NCBI GenBank assembly: GCA_963788055.1
Contig: CAWBFA010000005.1
Span: 233,783-297,782, forward strand
Direction: 5' to 3'
DNA: 64,000 nt
Origin: an uncultured Actinomycetes bacterium
Lineage (GTDB): Bacteria > Actinomycetota > Thermoleophilia > Gaiellales > Gaiellaceae
Numbering within the stretch: the stretch's first letter is position 1; every line of letters begins with the position of its first letter. The notes below the pieces were generated by a model, which did not search any database, was not told the DNA's origin, and was given only the letters and a program-made list of their open reading frames with translations. Positions 26,901-35,985 of the stretch are shown piece by piece. The translations under genes and the position numbers were made by a program.

Positions 26901-27875
26901 GTGCCGAGTTCGGATCGATTCGTGAACAGGCCCGACCACACGCCGCTGCGCGTCACGCACGCGCCCGTGAACATGGCCGGGATCGCCTACAAGAACGTCG
27001 AGGCGCTCAAGCGCCGTGGGGTCGATGCGCGACTCGTCGTCTTCAAGCCGCAGCCGTTTCGGCCGACCGAGTTCGACTGGAACCTGAACCGCCCCGACGG
27101 GTTCGTCAAAGCGCAGCTGACGCAGTGGCGCGCGCTCGCGCGTCTGCTCCCTCGCACCGACGTGTTCCACTTCTACTTCGGGCTCACGCTCGTCCCGCGC
27201 AGGCTGCAGTTTCCGATCCTGCGGGCGCTGCGCAAGAAGTCCGTCTTCCACTTCGTCGGCTCGGACATCAGGGGAAAGACGCCCGAGCAGCTCGCCTACA
27301 CGCGGGCGGCCGACGCCCGTGTCGTCGGCTCCTACGACGCGATCCGCTGGGTTCCCGACGCCGAGGTGATCCCGCCCGGGATCGACCTGCGGCGCTACAC
27401 GCCCTCGCCGGGTCGAGGCGCGGAGCGGCCGCTCGTCGTGCATGCGCCCTCACGCAAGGCGAGCAAGGGCACCGAGTTCGTCGAGGCCGCGTGCGCCGAG
27501 CTGCCCGTCGACCTCGACGTCGTCCACGGCCTATCGCACGACGAGGCCGTCGAGCGCTACCGCCGGGCGGACGTCGTCGTCGACCAGCTGAACGCGGGCT
27601 GGTACGGGATCTTCGCGATCGAGGCGATGGCGCTCGGCAAGCCGGTCGTCACCTTTCTGCACGACGAAGCCGTTCGGCGCACCGAGGAGGCGTTCGGCGT
27701 ACGCGTCCCGATCGTGAACGCGACGAAGGAGACGCTCGTCGACGCACTCCGACCGCTGGTCGGTGACGCGGAGGAGCGGCGCCGACGCGCCGAAGCCGGC
27801 CGTGCGTACATCGAGGCGGTGCACGACGACGAGAAGATCGCCGACCGCCTGCTCGCGCTCTACGCTCGCCTGTAG
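26901..27875 (+). CDS. GT-B fold glycosyltransferase (GT4/GT1-like)
   Basis: 324-aa ORF. C-terminal half has a GT-B nucleotide-sugar domain pattern (LVVHAPSRKASKGTEFV...YGIFAIEAMALGKPVVTFL). Start uncertain (GTG 26922 is possible). Confidence 0.65.
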   Translation: MPSSDRFVNRPDHTPLRVTHAPVNMAGIAYKNVEALKRRGVDARLVVFKPQPFRPTEFDWNLNRPDGFVKAQLTQWRALARLLPRTDVFHFYFGLTLVPRRLQFPILRALRKKSVFHFVGSDIRGKTPEQLAYTRAADARVVGSYDAIRWVPDAEVIPPGIDLRRYTPSPGRGAERPLVVHAPSRKASKGTEFVEAACAELPVDLDVVHGLSHDEAVERYRRADVVVDQLNAGWYGIFAIEAMALGKPVVTFLHDEAVRRTEEAFGVRVPIVNATKETLVDALRPLVGDAEERRRRAEAGRAYIEAVHDDEKIADRLLALYARL

Positions 27876-27879
27876 CTCA

Positions 27880-28170
27880 GTGGACTGGCAGCTGCGCATC
27901 TACGAGATCGAGCCGGGGCAGATCGAGGCCTGGATCGACGAGTGGCGCGAGCACGTCGCCCCGCTCCGCAGGCGCCTCGGCTTCCGCGTGCTCGGCCCGT
28001 GGGTGGACGGCGCGACGTTCGTGTGGATGATCGGCTACGACGGGGAGGATGGATTCGCCGCTGCAGACGAGCGCTACTACGCCTCCGCCGAACGACGTTC
28101 GATCGAGCCTGACCCGGCGCGGCACATCCTCTCGAGCCGGCACCGCATGCTGCGCGAGGTCCCGCCGTGA
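27880..28170 (+). CDS. NIPSNAP-family small alpha/beta-barrel protein
   Basis: Protein-like part of ORF 27763..28170 from the GTG at 27880, just after the previous TAG. WQLRIYEIEPGQIEAWIDEWREHVAPLRRRLGFRVLGPW. Confidence 0.6.
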   Translation: MDWQLRIYEIEPGQIEAWIDEWREHVAPLRRRLGFRVLGPWVDGATFVWMIGYDGEDGFAAADERYYASAERRSIEPDPARHILSSRHRMLREVPP

Positions 28171-29597
28171 TCGGGGCACAGCTCCGACGACTCGGGCGCC
28201 ACTCCACGATCTACGGGCTCGGCGGGCTCGTCTCGCGGTTCCTCGCGGTGCTCCTGCTGCCGCTGTACACGAGCTACCTCACGCCGTCCGACTTCGGAAA
28301 GGTCGAGACGCTCGTCGCACTCAGCGCAATCCTCGTCACGCTTCTCCGCGCCGGGATCTCGACCGCGTTCTTCCGCTTCTACTTCGACTCACCGGACCCC
28401 GCCGACCGCGTGCGTGTGCTCCGCACGGCGTTCTGGTTCACGATGGGCATGTCGACGCTGGGTCTGCTGCTCGGCTGGCTCTTCGCGCCGTGGATCTCGG
28501 ACGCGCTCAGGATCGACGACGACACGCTCGTCCGTGCGGCGTTCGTCGGTCTTTGGGCGCAGATGAACTACGAGCAGCTGACGGCGCTCTTCCGCGTCGA
28601 GGAGCGCTCCGTCGCGTTCGTCACGGCAAGCCTCGCGAACGTGCTGCTCACGATCGCGACCACAGTGCTCCTGGTCGTCGCCTACGACCAGGGCCCGCTC
28701 GGCGTCGTCGTCGGAAACTTCACCGGGACGCTGCTCGTCTACCTCGCGCTCCTCGGCTACCGGCGTCAGCAGCTCGGCCTCCAGTTCGACCGCGAGCTGC
28801 TGCGCCGCATGAACCGCTTCGGCCTGCCTCTCGTGCCTTCGGGCATCGCGCTTTGGGCGCTCAACTTCAGCGACCGCTTCTTCCTCGCCCGATTGGCGGG
28901 CCAGGACGACGTCGGCCGCTACTCGATCGGCGTGCGGATCGCGTCAGCGATGGTGCTGCTGCTCGTCGCGTTCCGGACCGCGTGGCCCGCGTTCGCGTAC
29001 TCGATCGATGACGAGCGCGAGGCGAAGCGCACGTACGCGTACGTGCTCACGTACTTGCTCTTCGTCTCTTGCTGGCTGTCGCTTGCCCTCGGCGTGCTCG
29101 CGCCCTGGATCGTGCGCGTGCTCGCGCGCAAGGAGTCGTTCTGGGCCGGTGCCGACGTCGTCGCACCGCTCGCGTTCGCCGGCGCGCTGTGGGGCGCGTA
29201 CACAGTCGTCGCGATCGGAATCGGCCGGCTCCGGAGGACACAGTTCAACTGGGTGATCACCGGCTCGGCGGCGGCGATCGACGTCGTCCTCAACCTGTTG
29301 CTGATCCCGACCTACGGGATCCGCGGCGCGGCGGCGGCCGCGCTGACCGCGTTCGCGTTCATGTTCGTCGCGATGGCCGCGTACTCGCAGCGGCTCTACC
29401 CGGTGCCGTACCAGTGGCGCCGGGTCGCAACGGTGCTTCTCGCCGCCGGGGCGCTCACCGTCGTCGGCCGGTTCGTCGACCGCCTCGACGTCGCGATCGC
29501 CCTGATCCTCGCCTACCCGCTCGTCCTCTTCGCGCTCGGGTTCTACTTGCCGTTCGAACGAGCCCGGCTCGCCCGGGTACTGCTGCGCCAGGCGTAG
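28167..29597 (+). CDS. Wzx-type oligosaccharide flippase (MOP superfamily polysaccharide biosynthesis protein)
   Basis: 476-aa ORF with about 12-14 TM helices. N-terminus LGRHSTIYGLGGLVSRFLAVLLLPLYTSYLTPSDFGKVE is typical of Wzx/RfbX. GTGA overlap with the previous gene. Confidence 0.85.
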   Translation: MIGAQLRRLGRHSTIYGLGGLVSRFLAVLLLPLYTSYLTPSDFGKVETLVALSAILVTLLRAGISTAFFRFYFDSPDPADRVRVLRTAFWFTMGMSTLGLLLGWLFAPWISDALRIDDDTLVRAAFVGLWAQMNYEQLTALFRVEERSVAFVTASLANVLLTIATTVLLVVAYDQGPLGVVVGNFTGTLLVYLALLGYRRQQLGLQFDRELLRRMNRFGLPLVPSGIALWALNFSDRFFLARLAGQDDVGRYSIGVRIASAMVLLLVAFRTAWPAFAYSIDDEREAKRTYAYVLTYLLFVSCWLSLALGVLAPWIVRVLARKESFWAGADVVAPLAFAGALWGAYTVVAIGIGRLRRTQFNWVITGSAAAIDVVLNLLLIPTYGIRGAAAAALTAFAFMFVAMAAYSQRLYPVPYQWRRVATVLLAAGALTVVGRFVDRLDVAIALILAYPLVLFALGFYLPFERARLARVLLRQA

Positions 29598-30982
29598 CCG
29601 AGCGCGGTCAGGCCGATCAGGCCCCAGCTCATCGGATCCTCGAAGAACGCGTTGTAGAAGAGCGAGTGCACGAGGATCGCCAGCAGTGCGAGGCCAAAGC
29701 AGAGCGAGGCGCGACCGGCGAAGCTCCGCGACGCCCGGCGGAACGGGAGCCAGAGCGCCGTGGCGACGAGCCACGCGAACAGGAGCACGCCCGGGACGCC
29801 GAGCTCCGCCGCGACGGTGACCGGCGTGTTGTGTGACGCGGCCCGCGCGGGGTCGGCGGCCCGGAAGCCGACTCGCTCCCCGTACGCGCTCTTGAACCCG
29901 CCGAGCCCGACGCCCCCCAGCGGATGGTCGGCAGCGATGCGCAGGCCTTCGGTCACAAGCGACGAGCGGTTTCCGGTCGCACGGTCGGTGTTGTCGAGGA
30001 TCTCCGCACGCACCGACGGCACGACGAAGCCGGCGACCAGCAGCGCGAGCGCCGCGACCGCCAGCGCAACGACCGCGCGGCGTTCCCACGAGAGCGCGAT
30101 CGCCCCGAGCACGCCGGCGACGAGCGCGACGAAGCTCGATTGCGAGAACGAGAAGACGAGCCCGATCCAGAGTGCGACGACGGTGACCGCGGCAATGATC
30201 GCGTCGCGCCGCGCGCCGTAGAGCACTGCCACGAGCGCGACGAGGATCGCCACAACGAGAAAGCGTCCGTAGATCGAAGGATCCCAGAAGAGCGAGTTGA
30301 CGCGGTAGAACGGCGCGTAGGCGTTCGACACGATCACCTTCGGATTCCAGAAGACGTCGCGCGTCACCCACTGGTAGATGCCGACGCCGGCGAACACGGC
30401 GGCCATCGCGATCAGCTCCACGGTGAGGGCCTTCAGCCATCGGCGCTGCCACGGCAGGCGCGCGAGCAGCAGCGCCAGGAGGCCGAACGGGAGGTAGAAC
30501 GCCGCGAGGGAAACCGCGCCGAGCCGTGCGCCGTCGCTCCAGACGAGCGAGACCCCTGCCCACGCGAGGAACGCCGCGAGCGGCCACGCGAGCGGCCCGA
30601 GCTCTCGAGTGCGGCCGTCGCCGTGAAGCAGCTCCCAGGCGAGCGCGAGCATGCCGACGAGCACGACGAGGTAGAGCGGCAAGAGCAGGTTCGCTTCATC
30701 GCCGCCCACCTTGACCGGCACGCGCGCCGGCGCGCACGCCAGCGCCGCCATCGGCAGCAACCACGGCCAGCGCAGCAAGAGCGAAGCAAGCGCGACGGCC
30801 GCTGCGCCGCCGACGACTGCGGCGACCCCGAGCAGCGCGTCGTTTCCCTCCGGCCTGAGCGTGACGACGAGGATCGCGCCGCCGACCAGCGTCGCCACGA
30901 GCGCAGCGAGCCGCAACGCGCGATCGCGCACAACGACCAGCACGGCGAGGCCCAGCGCTCCGAGGACGCCGCCGACGATCAC
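29543..30982 (-). CDS. O-antigen ligase / Wzy-like polymerase family membrane protein
   Basis: 479-aa ORF, polytopic. Wzy_C-like region VFSFSQSSFVALVAGVLGAIAL ... ADHPLGGVGLGGF. Confidence 0.75.
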   Translation of the reverse strand: MIVGGVLGALGLAVLVVVRDRALRLAALVATLVGGAILVVTLRPEGNDALLGVAAVVGGAAAVALASLLLRWPWLLPMAALACAPARVPVKVGGDEANLLLPLYLVVLVGMLALAWELLHGDGRTRELGPLAWPLAAFLAWAGVSLVWSDGARLGAVSLAAFYLPFGLLALLLARLPWQRRWLKALTVELIAMAAVFAGVGIYQWVTRDVFWNPKVIVSNAYAPFYRVNSLFWDPSIYGRFLVVAILVALVAVLYGARRDAIIAAVTVVALWIGLVFSFSQSSFVALVAGVLGAIALSWERRAVVALAVAALALLVAGFVVPSVRAEILDNTDRATGNRSSLVTEGLRIAADHPLGGVGLGGFKSAYGERVGFRAADPARAASHNTPVTVAAELGVPGVLLFAWLVATALWLPFRRASRSFAGRASLCFGLALLAILVHSLFYNAFFEDPMSWGLIGLTALGYAWRSSTRASRARSNGK

Positions 30983-31938
30983 GACCGCGCCCTCACGAAC
31001 ACGGGAATCGCGTCACGGTGACCGCCGTACGACACGTTCAGCGTGTACCGGCCGGCTCGCTCGGGAGCGAGCAGCGCGAGCGTCCGCCCGCTCGACGTGC
31101 CGGTGCGTGCGCCGAGCCGCCAGCGGTAGCGCTTGGCGTCGGTCGAGACGCCGACGCCGAAGCGAACGCCTGCGGGAACGACGATCCGTCGCGGCGCGAG
31201 CTCGATGAACCGAAGCCGGACGAGCGCCTGCGACTCTTCCGAGCGGTTGCCGGCGAGGTCGTGCGCGACGACGACGATCGAGATCGGCCCCTCTTGGGCG
31301 TCGCGCCCATACCACTCGATCTTCCCGACACCCCGCTGCCGGGGAGTGCTGCGGACGACCTCACGTCCGCCCGCGAGCAGCACGACGCGCGCAGGCTCAG
31401 ACAGGCGGAACCGCACGCGCACGTAGTCGCCGCGCCCGTCACCGTCGGGTGAGAACAAGAGAGGCGCGATCGAGTCCACAAGAAACTCCGGCGGCGTCGT
31501 GTCGAGTCGCAGCTCGTTCGGGATGTCGATCGTCCGCCGCGCGTCGGCCAGGTGCACGCGCGCGCGATACACGCCCTCGGGCGCGCCGCCGCCGTCCCAC
31601 ACGAACTCGACCGGGCCTGCCGGGAAGCGCTCGTCGTCCACGATCGTGCGTACTGCCTGGTCGTCGGCGTCGATCACCGTCACCGTCAGGCGGTCCGCGT
31701 CCCGCAGCCCGAACCGGATCCGCGCCCTGTCAGTCGGGCAGTCGCAGTCCGGGGAGAACGCCTTCGTCACTTTCGGGGCGACAATCGGCGAAGGAACGAG
31801 CTTCAGCCGCTCGGTGACCGCGAACGCAGCCGCAGTTCCGCCGAGCAGGCCGAGAACGAGGATCGTCGACAGGAGGCGCGGCAACCCGCGCGCGAGGCTA
31901 TCCGAACACCTTGGAGTGCCTGGGACGAACACGCACAA
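30979..31938 (-). CDS. membrane-anchored/secreted protein with FlgD-Ig-like domains
   Basis: 319-aa ORF. N-terminal hydrophobic anchor [37 protein letters not shown] is a FlgD-Ig-type motif. Start uncertain (TTG 31884 would avoid overlap with cysA). Confidence 0.55.
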   Translation of the reverse strand: MCVFVPGTPRCSDSLARGLPRLLSTILVLGLLGGTAAAFAVTERLKLVPSPIVAPKVTKAFSPDCDCPTDRARIRFGLRDADRLTVTVIDADDQAVRTIVDDERFPAGPVEFVWDGGGAPEGVYRARVHLADARRTIDIPNELRLDTTPPEFLVDSIAPLLFSPDGDGRGDYVRVRFRLSEPARVVLLAGGREVVRSTPRQRGVGKIEWYGRDAQEGPISIVVVAHDLAGNRSEESQALVRLRFIELAPRRIVVPAGVRFGVGVSTDAKRYRWRLGARTGTSSGRTLALLAPERAGRYTLNVSYGGHRDAIPVFVRARS

Positions 31939-32833
31939 GCGCGCCCTCGACGAGCTCGAGCCGCGTCGCCTCGTCGCGTGTCACCTGTGCCCAGAGCTCC
32001 TCCCCGTTCGCGAGACGGAGCTCGACGCGCACCTCGAAGCCGAGATGGACGATCCGCTCTACGAACGCCTCATCGCCTTCGCCGAACTCGACGTCGTGGG
32101 GACGGACGAACGACCCGCCGAGCTGGTTGACCTCGCCGACGAACGTCATCACGAACTCGTTCGCGGGGTTGTCGTACAGCTCGCGCGCTCCCCCAACCTG
32201 CTCGACACGCCCGTGACTCATCACGACGATCTGGTCGGCGAGGTCCATCGCCTCCTCCTGATCGTGCGTGACGAAGATCGTCGTCACGTGCACCTCGTCG
32301 TGGAGACGGCGGAGCCACGCCCGAAGCTCCTTCCGCACGCGCGCGTCGAGAGCGCCGAACGGCTCGTCCAGCAAGAGGACGTCGGGCTCCACGGCGAGCG
32401 CCCGCGCGAGCGCCATCCGCTGACGCTGACCGCCCGAGAGCTGAGCGGGGTAGCGATCGGCGAAGCCGCCCAGCTGGACGAGCTCGAGCAGGTGCGCGAC
32501 GCGCTCCTTGATCTCCTGCTTGGAACGGCGGCGGATCTCGAGGCCGAAGGCGACGTTCTTCCAGACCGTCATGTGCTTGAAGGCCGCGTAGTGCTGGAAG
32601 ACGAAGCCAACGCCGCGCTTCTGGGGAGGACGCGAAGTCACGTCGTGCCCGTCGATCAGCACGCGGCCGGCGTCCGGCTGCTCGAGCCCGGCGATGATGC
32701 GCAGGAGCGTCGACTTGCCGCTGCCGCTCGGACCGAGGAGCGCCGTGAGCGATCCGGCAGGGACCTCGACCGAGACGTCGTCGAGCGCGACGAACATGCC
32801 GAACTGCTTCGAGACGGACCGTGCTTCGATCAT
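31898..32833 (-). CDS. cysA: sulfate/thiosulfate ABC transporter ATP-binding protein
   Basis: 311-aa ORF. Walker [10 protein letters not shown], signature [15 protein letters not shown], Walker [13 protein letters not shown]-terminal TOBE-like tail. Follows cysT-cysW. Confidence 0.9.
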   Translation of the reverse strand: MIEARSVSKQFGMFVALDDVSVEVPAGSLTALLGPSGSGKSTLLRIIAGLEQPDAGRVLIDGHDVTSRPPQKRGVGFVFQHYAAFKHMTVWKNVAFGLEIRRRSKQEIKERVAHLLELVQLGGFADRYPAQLSGGQRQRMALARALAVEPDVLLLDEPFGALDARVRKELRAWLRRLHDEVHVTTIFVTHDQEEAMDLADQIVVMSHGRVEQVGGARELYDNPANEFVMTFVGEVNQLGGSFVRPHDVEFGEGDEAFVERIVHLGFEVRVELRLANGEELWAQVTRDEATRLELVEGALVRVRPRHSKVFG

Positions 32834-33609
32834 GCGCCCTCCTTCGGCTTGAACACGCTCATCGCGACGAGGGTCGCGATCGCGAGGATTGCGAGCACGA
32901 CGGAGGCGGCGTATGCCCCGACGTAGTCGAACGACTGGAAGCGCTCCTCGACGTGCAGCGTCATCGTCTCGGTCTTGCCGACGATGCGGCCGGAGACGAC
33001 GCTGACGGCGCCGAACTCACCGAGCGCACGCGCCGTCGTCAAGACGATGCCGTAGGCGACCGCCCAGCGAATAGCGGGGAGCGTGACCCGTCGGAACGTC
33101 TGCCACGACGACGCGCCGAGCGTCGACGCGGCCTGCTCCTGCTCGACGCCGATCTCGCGCAGCACTGGAACGACCTCGCGCACGACGAACGGGAGCGACA
33201 CGAAGATCGTCGCAAGCACCATGCCCGGCAGCGCGAAGACGACGTCGAACGGCACGTCGTGGAGCCACCCGCCGGTCCCGAAGAGGAGCAGAAACGCAAG
33301 ACCGACGACGATCGGCGAGAGCGCGAGCGGCAGATCGACGACCGCATTGAGGAGCCCCTTGCCCGGAGCGCGATGCCGGACGATCACGATCGCGCACGCG
33401 ATGCCGAAGATGGTGTTCGCGGGGACGACAATCGCGGTGATCAGGATCGTGATCCAAAACGCATGGATCGCCTCGGGTGTCGTGACCGACGCCCACGCCG
33501 CACCGACACCGTTCTCGAACGCCCGCCCGAAGACCATCGCGACCGGCAGGAGGAGCAGCAGCGCGAGGTAGCCGAGCGCCGTGAAGCGGAGGACGTACTT
33601 ACCCAACAC
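32830..33609 (-). CDS. cysW: sulfate ABC transporter permease
   Basis: 259-aa ORF, 6 TM, with the EAA-type loop [23 protein letters not shown]. Second permease of the sbp-cysTWA order. Confidence 0.85.
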   Translation of the reverse strand: MLGKYVLRFTALGYLALLLLLPVAMVFGRAFENGVGAAWASVTTPEAIHAFWITILITAIVVPANTIFGIACAIVIVRHRAPGKGLLNAVVDLPLALSPIVVGLAFLLLFGTGGWLHDVPFDVVFALPGMVLATIFVSLPFVVREVVPVLREIGVEQEQAASTLGASSWQTFRRVTLPAIRWAVAYGIVLTTARALGEFGAVSVVSGRIVGKTETMTLHVEERFQSFDYVGAYAASVVLAILAIATLVAMSVFKPKEGA

Positions 33610-34369
33610 GGTCGTGCCTCGTCACGCGGCGGCGCAGGCCGCCGATCAGGAGGAGGGCAGCAAACGAGAGGACGAGCAGGACGACGGACACGGCGGCTGC
33701 GCCCGACGGGTCGCCGCTCTCGATCCGCCCGAAGATGTACACGGAGGCCACCTCGGTCTCGAAGGGCAGGTTCCCCGAGATCAGCACGACCGAGCCGAAC
33801 TCGCCGATCGCCCGCGCGAACGCGAGCGCGACGCCGGAGAGCACAGCCGGGAAGAGATTCGGGAAGACGACGCGCCTGAAGACCTGGAGCGCGTTCGCGC
33901 CGAGCGACGCCGCCGCTTCCTCCATCTCGCGATCGAGCTCGAGCAGCACGGGCTGCACCGTCCTGACCACGAAGGGAAGCGTCACGAAGAGCAGCGCGAG
34001 GAGGATCGCCGCACGGGAGAACGCGACGTCGATGCCGAACGGCCCCTCAGGGCCGTAGAGAGCGAGCAGCGTCAGCCCGGCGACGATCGTCGGCAGCGCG
34101 AACGGCAGGTCGATCACCGCGTTGACGACCGACTTGCCCGGGAACTCGTCGCGGACGAGCACCCACGCGATCAGCGTCCCGACCACGGCGTTCACGAGCG
34201 CGACGAGGACCGAGACCACCAGGGTCAGCTTCAGCGCCGACACCGCCTGCGGCTCGGTGACGGCGTCCCAGAAGCTCTGCTCGCCCTTGGTCGACTGCCA
34301 GACGACGGCAGCGAGCGGGAGCAGGACGATCAAGGTCAGGTACGCCGTGACGAGCCCCTGCGTGATCAT
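33599..34369 (-). CDS. cysT: sulfate ABC transporter permease
   Basis: Protein-like part of ORF 33599..34516 from the ATG at 34369. EAA loop ASLGANALQVFRRVVFPNLFPAVL. Confidence 0.85.
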   Translation of the reverse strand: MITQGLVTAYLTLIVLLPLAAVVWQSTKGEQSFWDAVTEPQAVSALKLTLVVSVLVALVNAVVGTLIAWVLVRDEFPGKSVVNAVIDLPFALPTIVAGLTLLALYGPEGPFGIDVAFSRAAILLALLFVTLPFVVRTVQPVLLELDREMEEAAASLGANALQVFRRVVFPNLFPAVLSGVALAFARAIGEFGSVVLISGNLPFETEVASVYIFGRIESGDPSGAAAVSVVLLVLSFAALLLIGGLRRRVTRHDRVG

Positions 34370-34370
34370 C

Positions 34371-34400
34371 GCGCCCGGCTGCGAGATTGCGGCCGGGCGC
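34371..34400 (-). other. intercistronic hairpin between sbp and cysT
   Basis: GCGCCCGGC (34371..34379) and GCCGGGCGC (34392..34400) are perfect reverse complements with a 12-nt loop. Confidence 0.5.
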
Positions 34401-34422
34401 GAAGGCGATGCGGCGTGCGTGC

Positions 34423-35415
34423 TCAGTTCGTCCCGGTCTCGCGCTGGATCTTGGTCACGATCCCGGTGTTCGGGTTGAAGAAGCGGTTGTCGACCTTCGC
34501 CCATCCCCCGAGCCACTTGATCGAGAACAGCTGCGGCCGGACGGGGAACGAGAAGCCCTTCGCGGCCGCCGGCACGACAGGCCTATAGCCGTTCTGCGCG
34601 AAGATCTTCTGCGCTGCGGTCGTGCGGAGGTAGCGCACGAAGGAGTTCGCCGTGGCCTTGTTCTGCGAGTTCGTCGTGACGGCGATCGGATTCTCGATCC
34701 GGATCGTCGCCTTCGGGATGACGTAGGGGACCTCCTGGTTGTTCTGGTTCGCGAAGATCGCTTCGTTCTCGTAGGCGAGCAGGACGTCGCCGCGGCCCGC
34801 GAGGAAGGTCTGCAGCGCCTCGCGCGCGCTCTTGTCCTGCGAGACGATGTGCTTATAGAGGTTCCGGAGGTACGCCACGGCCTGCGCGTGCGTCTTCTTC
34901 TTGCGCAGCTGTGCGCCGTAGGCGGCCATGATGTTCCACTTCGCGCCGCCCGAGGTCTGCACGTTCGGCGTCACCACCTGCACGCCCGGCTTCACGAGGT
35001 CGCCCCAGTCGCGGATCTTCTTCGGGTTGCCCTTCCGCACGGCGAAGACGACGACGGAGCGCGTGACGATGCCGCCCCACTTGTCGTTCTTCCAGCTCCT
35101 CGGCACGATGCCCTTGTTCACGAGCGTGGTCACGTCGGGCTCGAGCGAGAGCGCGACGACATCGGCCTTCAGCCCGGAGATGACCGCGCGCGCCTGCTCG
35201 CCTGACGACCCGTAGCTCTGCTGGAACGAGGTGTCGTTGCCTGCGGCCGTCTTCTGGAACGCGGGAATCAGGTCGGCGTAGGCCGCCCGCGGGGTCGAGT
35301 AGGCGACGAGCGAGATCGAGCCGCCTTCCAAGCGCGCAGAGGTGCCGGCCGCGAGCGCCAGCGCGAAGGCAGCGGCGGCGAGAACGGCGAGCGAGGCGAG
35401 AATGCGTTTGGGCAA
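34423..35415 (-). CDS. sbp: sulfate/thiosulfate ABC transporter substrate-binding protein
   Basis: 330-aa ORF. Signal-like N-terminus PKRILASLAVLAAAAFALALAAG. ..SFQQSYGSSGEQARAVISGLKADVVALSLEPDV.. is typical of Sbp/CysP. TTG start preceded by AGGAG with a 5-nt spacer. Confidence 0.9.
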   Translation of the reverse strand: MPKRILASLAVLAAAAFALALAAGTSARLEGGSISLVAYSTPRAAYADLIPAFQKTAAGNDTSFQQSYGSSGEQARAVISGLKADVVALSLEPDVTTLVNKGIVPRSWKNDKWGGIVTRSVVVFAVRKGNPKKIRDWGDLVKPGVQVVTPNVQTSGGAKWNIMAAYGAQLRKKKTHAQAVAYLRNLYKHIVSQDKSAREALQTFLAGRGDVLLAYENEAIFANQNNQEVPYVIPKATIRIENPIAVTTNSQNKATANSFVRYLRTTAAQKIFAQNGYRPVVPAAAKGFSFPVRPQLFSIKWLGGWAKVDNRFFNPNTGIVTKIQRETGTN

Positions 35416-35438
35416 GGAGACTCCTAGATAGGCAGGAC

Positions 35439-35453
35439 TAATAGTCGGTATTA
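35439..35453. promoter_or_regulatory. TAAT-N7-ATTA dyad in the AT-rich gap upstream of sbp
   Basis: TAATAGTCGGTATTA. Same 4-N7-4 dyad architecture and identical arms as 41798..41812. Confidence 0.4.
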
Positions 35454-35483
35454 GGAATGTCTATCCAGAACTTCGTGCCCACG

Positions 35484-35985
35484 TCAAGCCGGAACCGAAC
35501 CTCGGTGGTCCGGCCGCGGCGGGAGCGGGCAGGAGACGAACGGCCGCCCGGTCAGCCGAAGGCCCAGCTTGTAGGCCTCGCAGCCGGTACAGAAGCCCGT
35601 GCTGGCAGCGAGGAGGGCCAGCCCGGCGACCAGCAGCCCGAGCCCCGCGCCGACGGTCGCCCACCCGGCCGCGTACGCAGCAGACGCTGCGCCCAGCACC
35701 GCGATCCCCACCATGTTCGCAAACCGCGGCGGGCGCGAGTCCTCGAGCGGGCCCTCGCCGAAGTGCGGCTGCACCAGCTCGAAGTACGCAAGACAGGGGA
35801 GGCAGAACCGCCGGCCGAACGTGAGGCCGACGGCGAGCTGCAGCGCCAGCAGCCGCGAGCAGCCACCACCAACCCGTCGCCACCGCGAGTACGGACAGGA
35901 CTCCGACGACCGCCTGGTTGAACCGCGGCGCGCGGGAGTCGATCACGTCGGTGTCGCGGTAGGGGTCGGCGGCCCAGGCGATCAC
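35484..35985 (-). CDS. DUF4395 membrane protein, interrupted by an apparent +1 frame change near 35848-35860
   Basis: The GTG at 35985 overlaps the sat TGA. The N-terminal part ([28 protein letters not shown]) is in one frame. The rest ([20 protein letters not shown]...[14 protein letters not shown]...[10 protein letters not shown]) is in the +1 frame (ORF 35484..35774). Confidence 0.7.
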
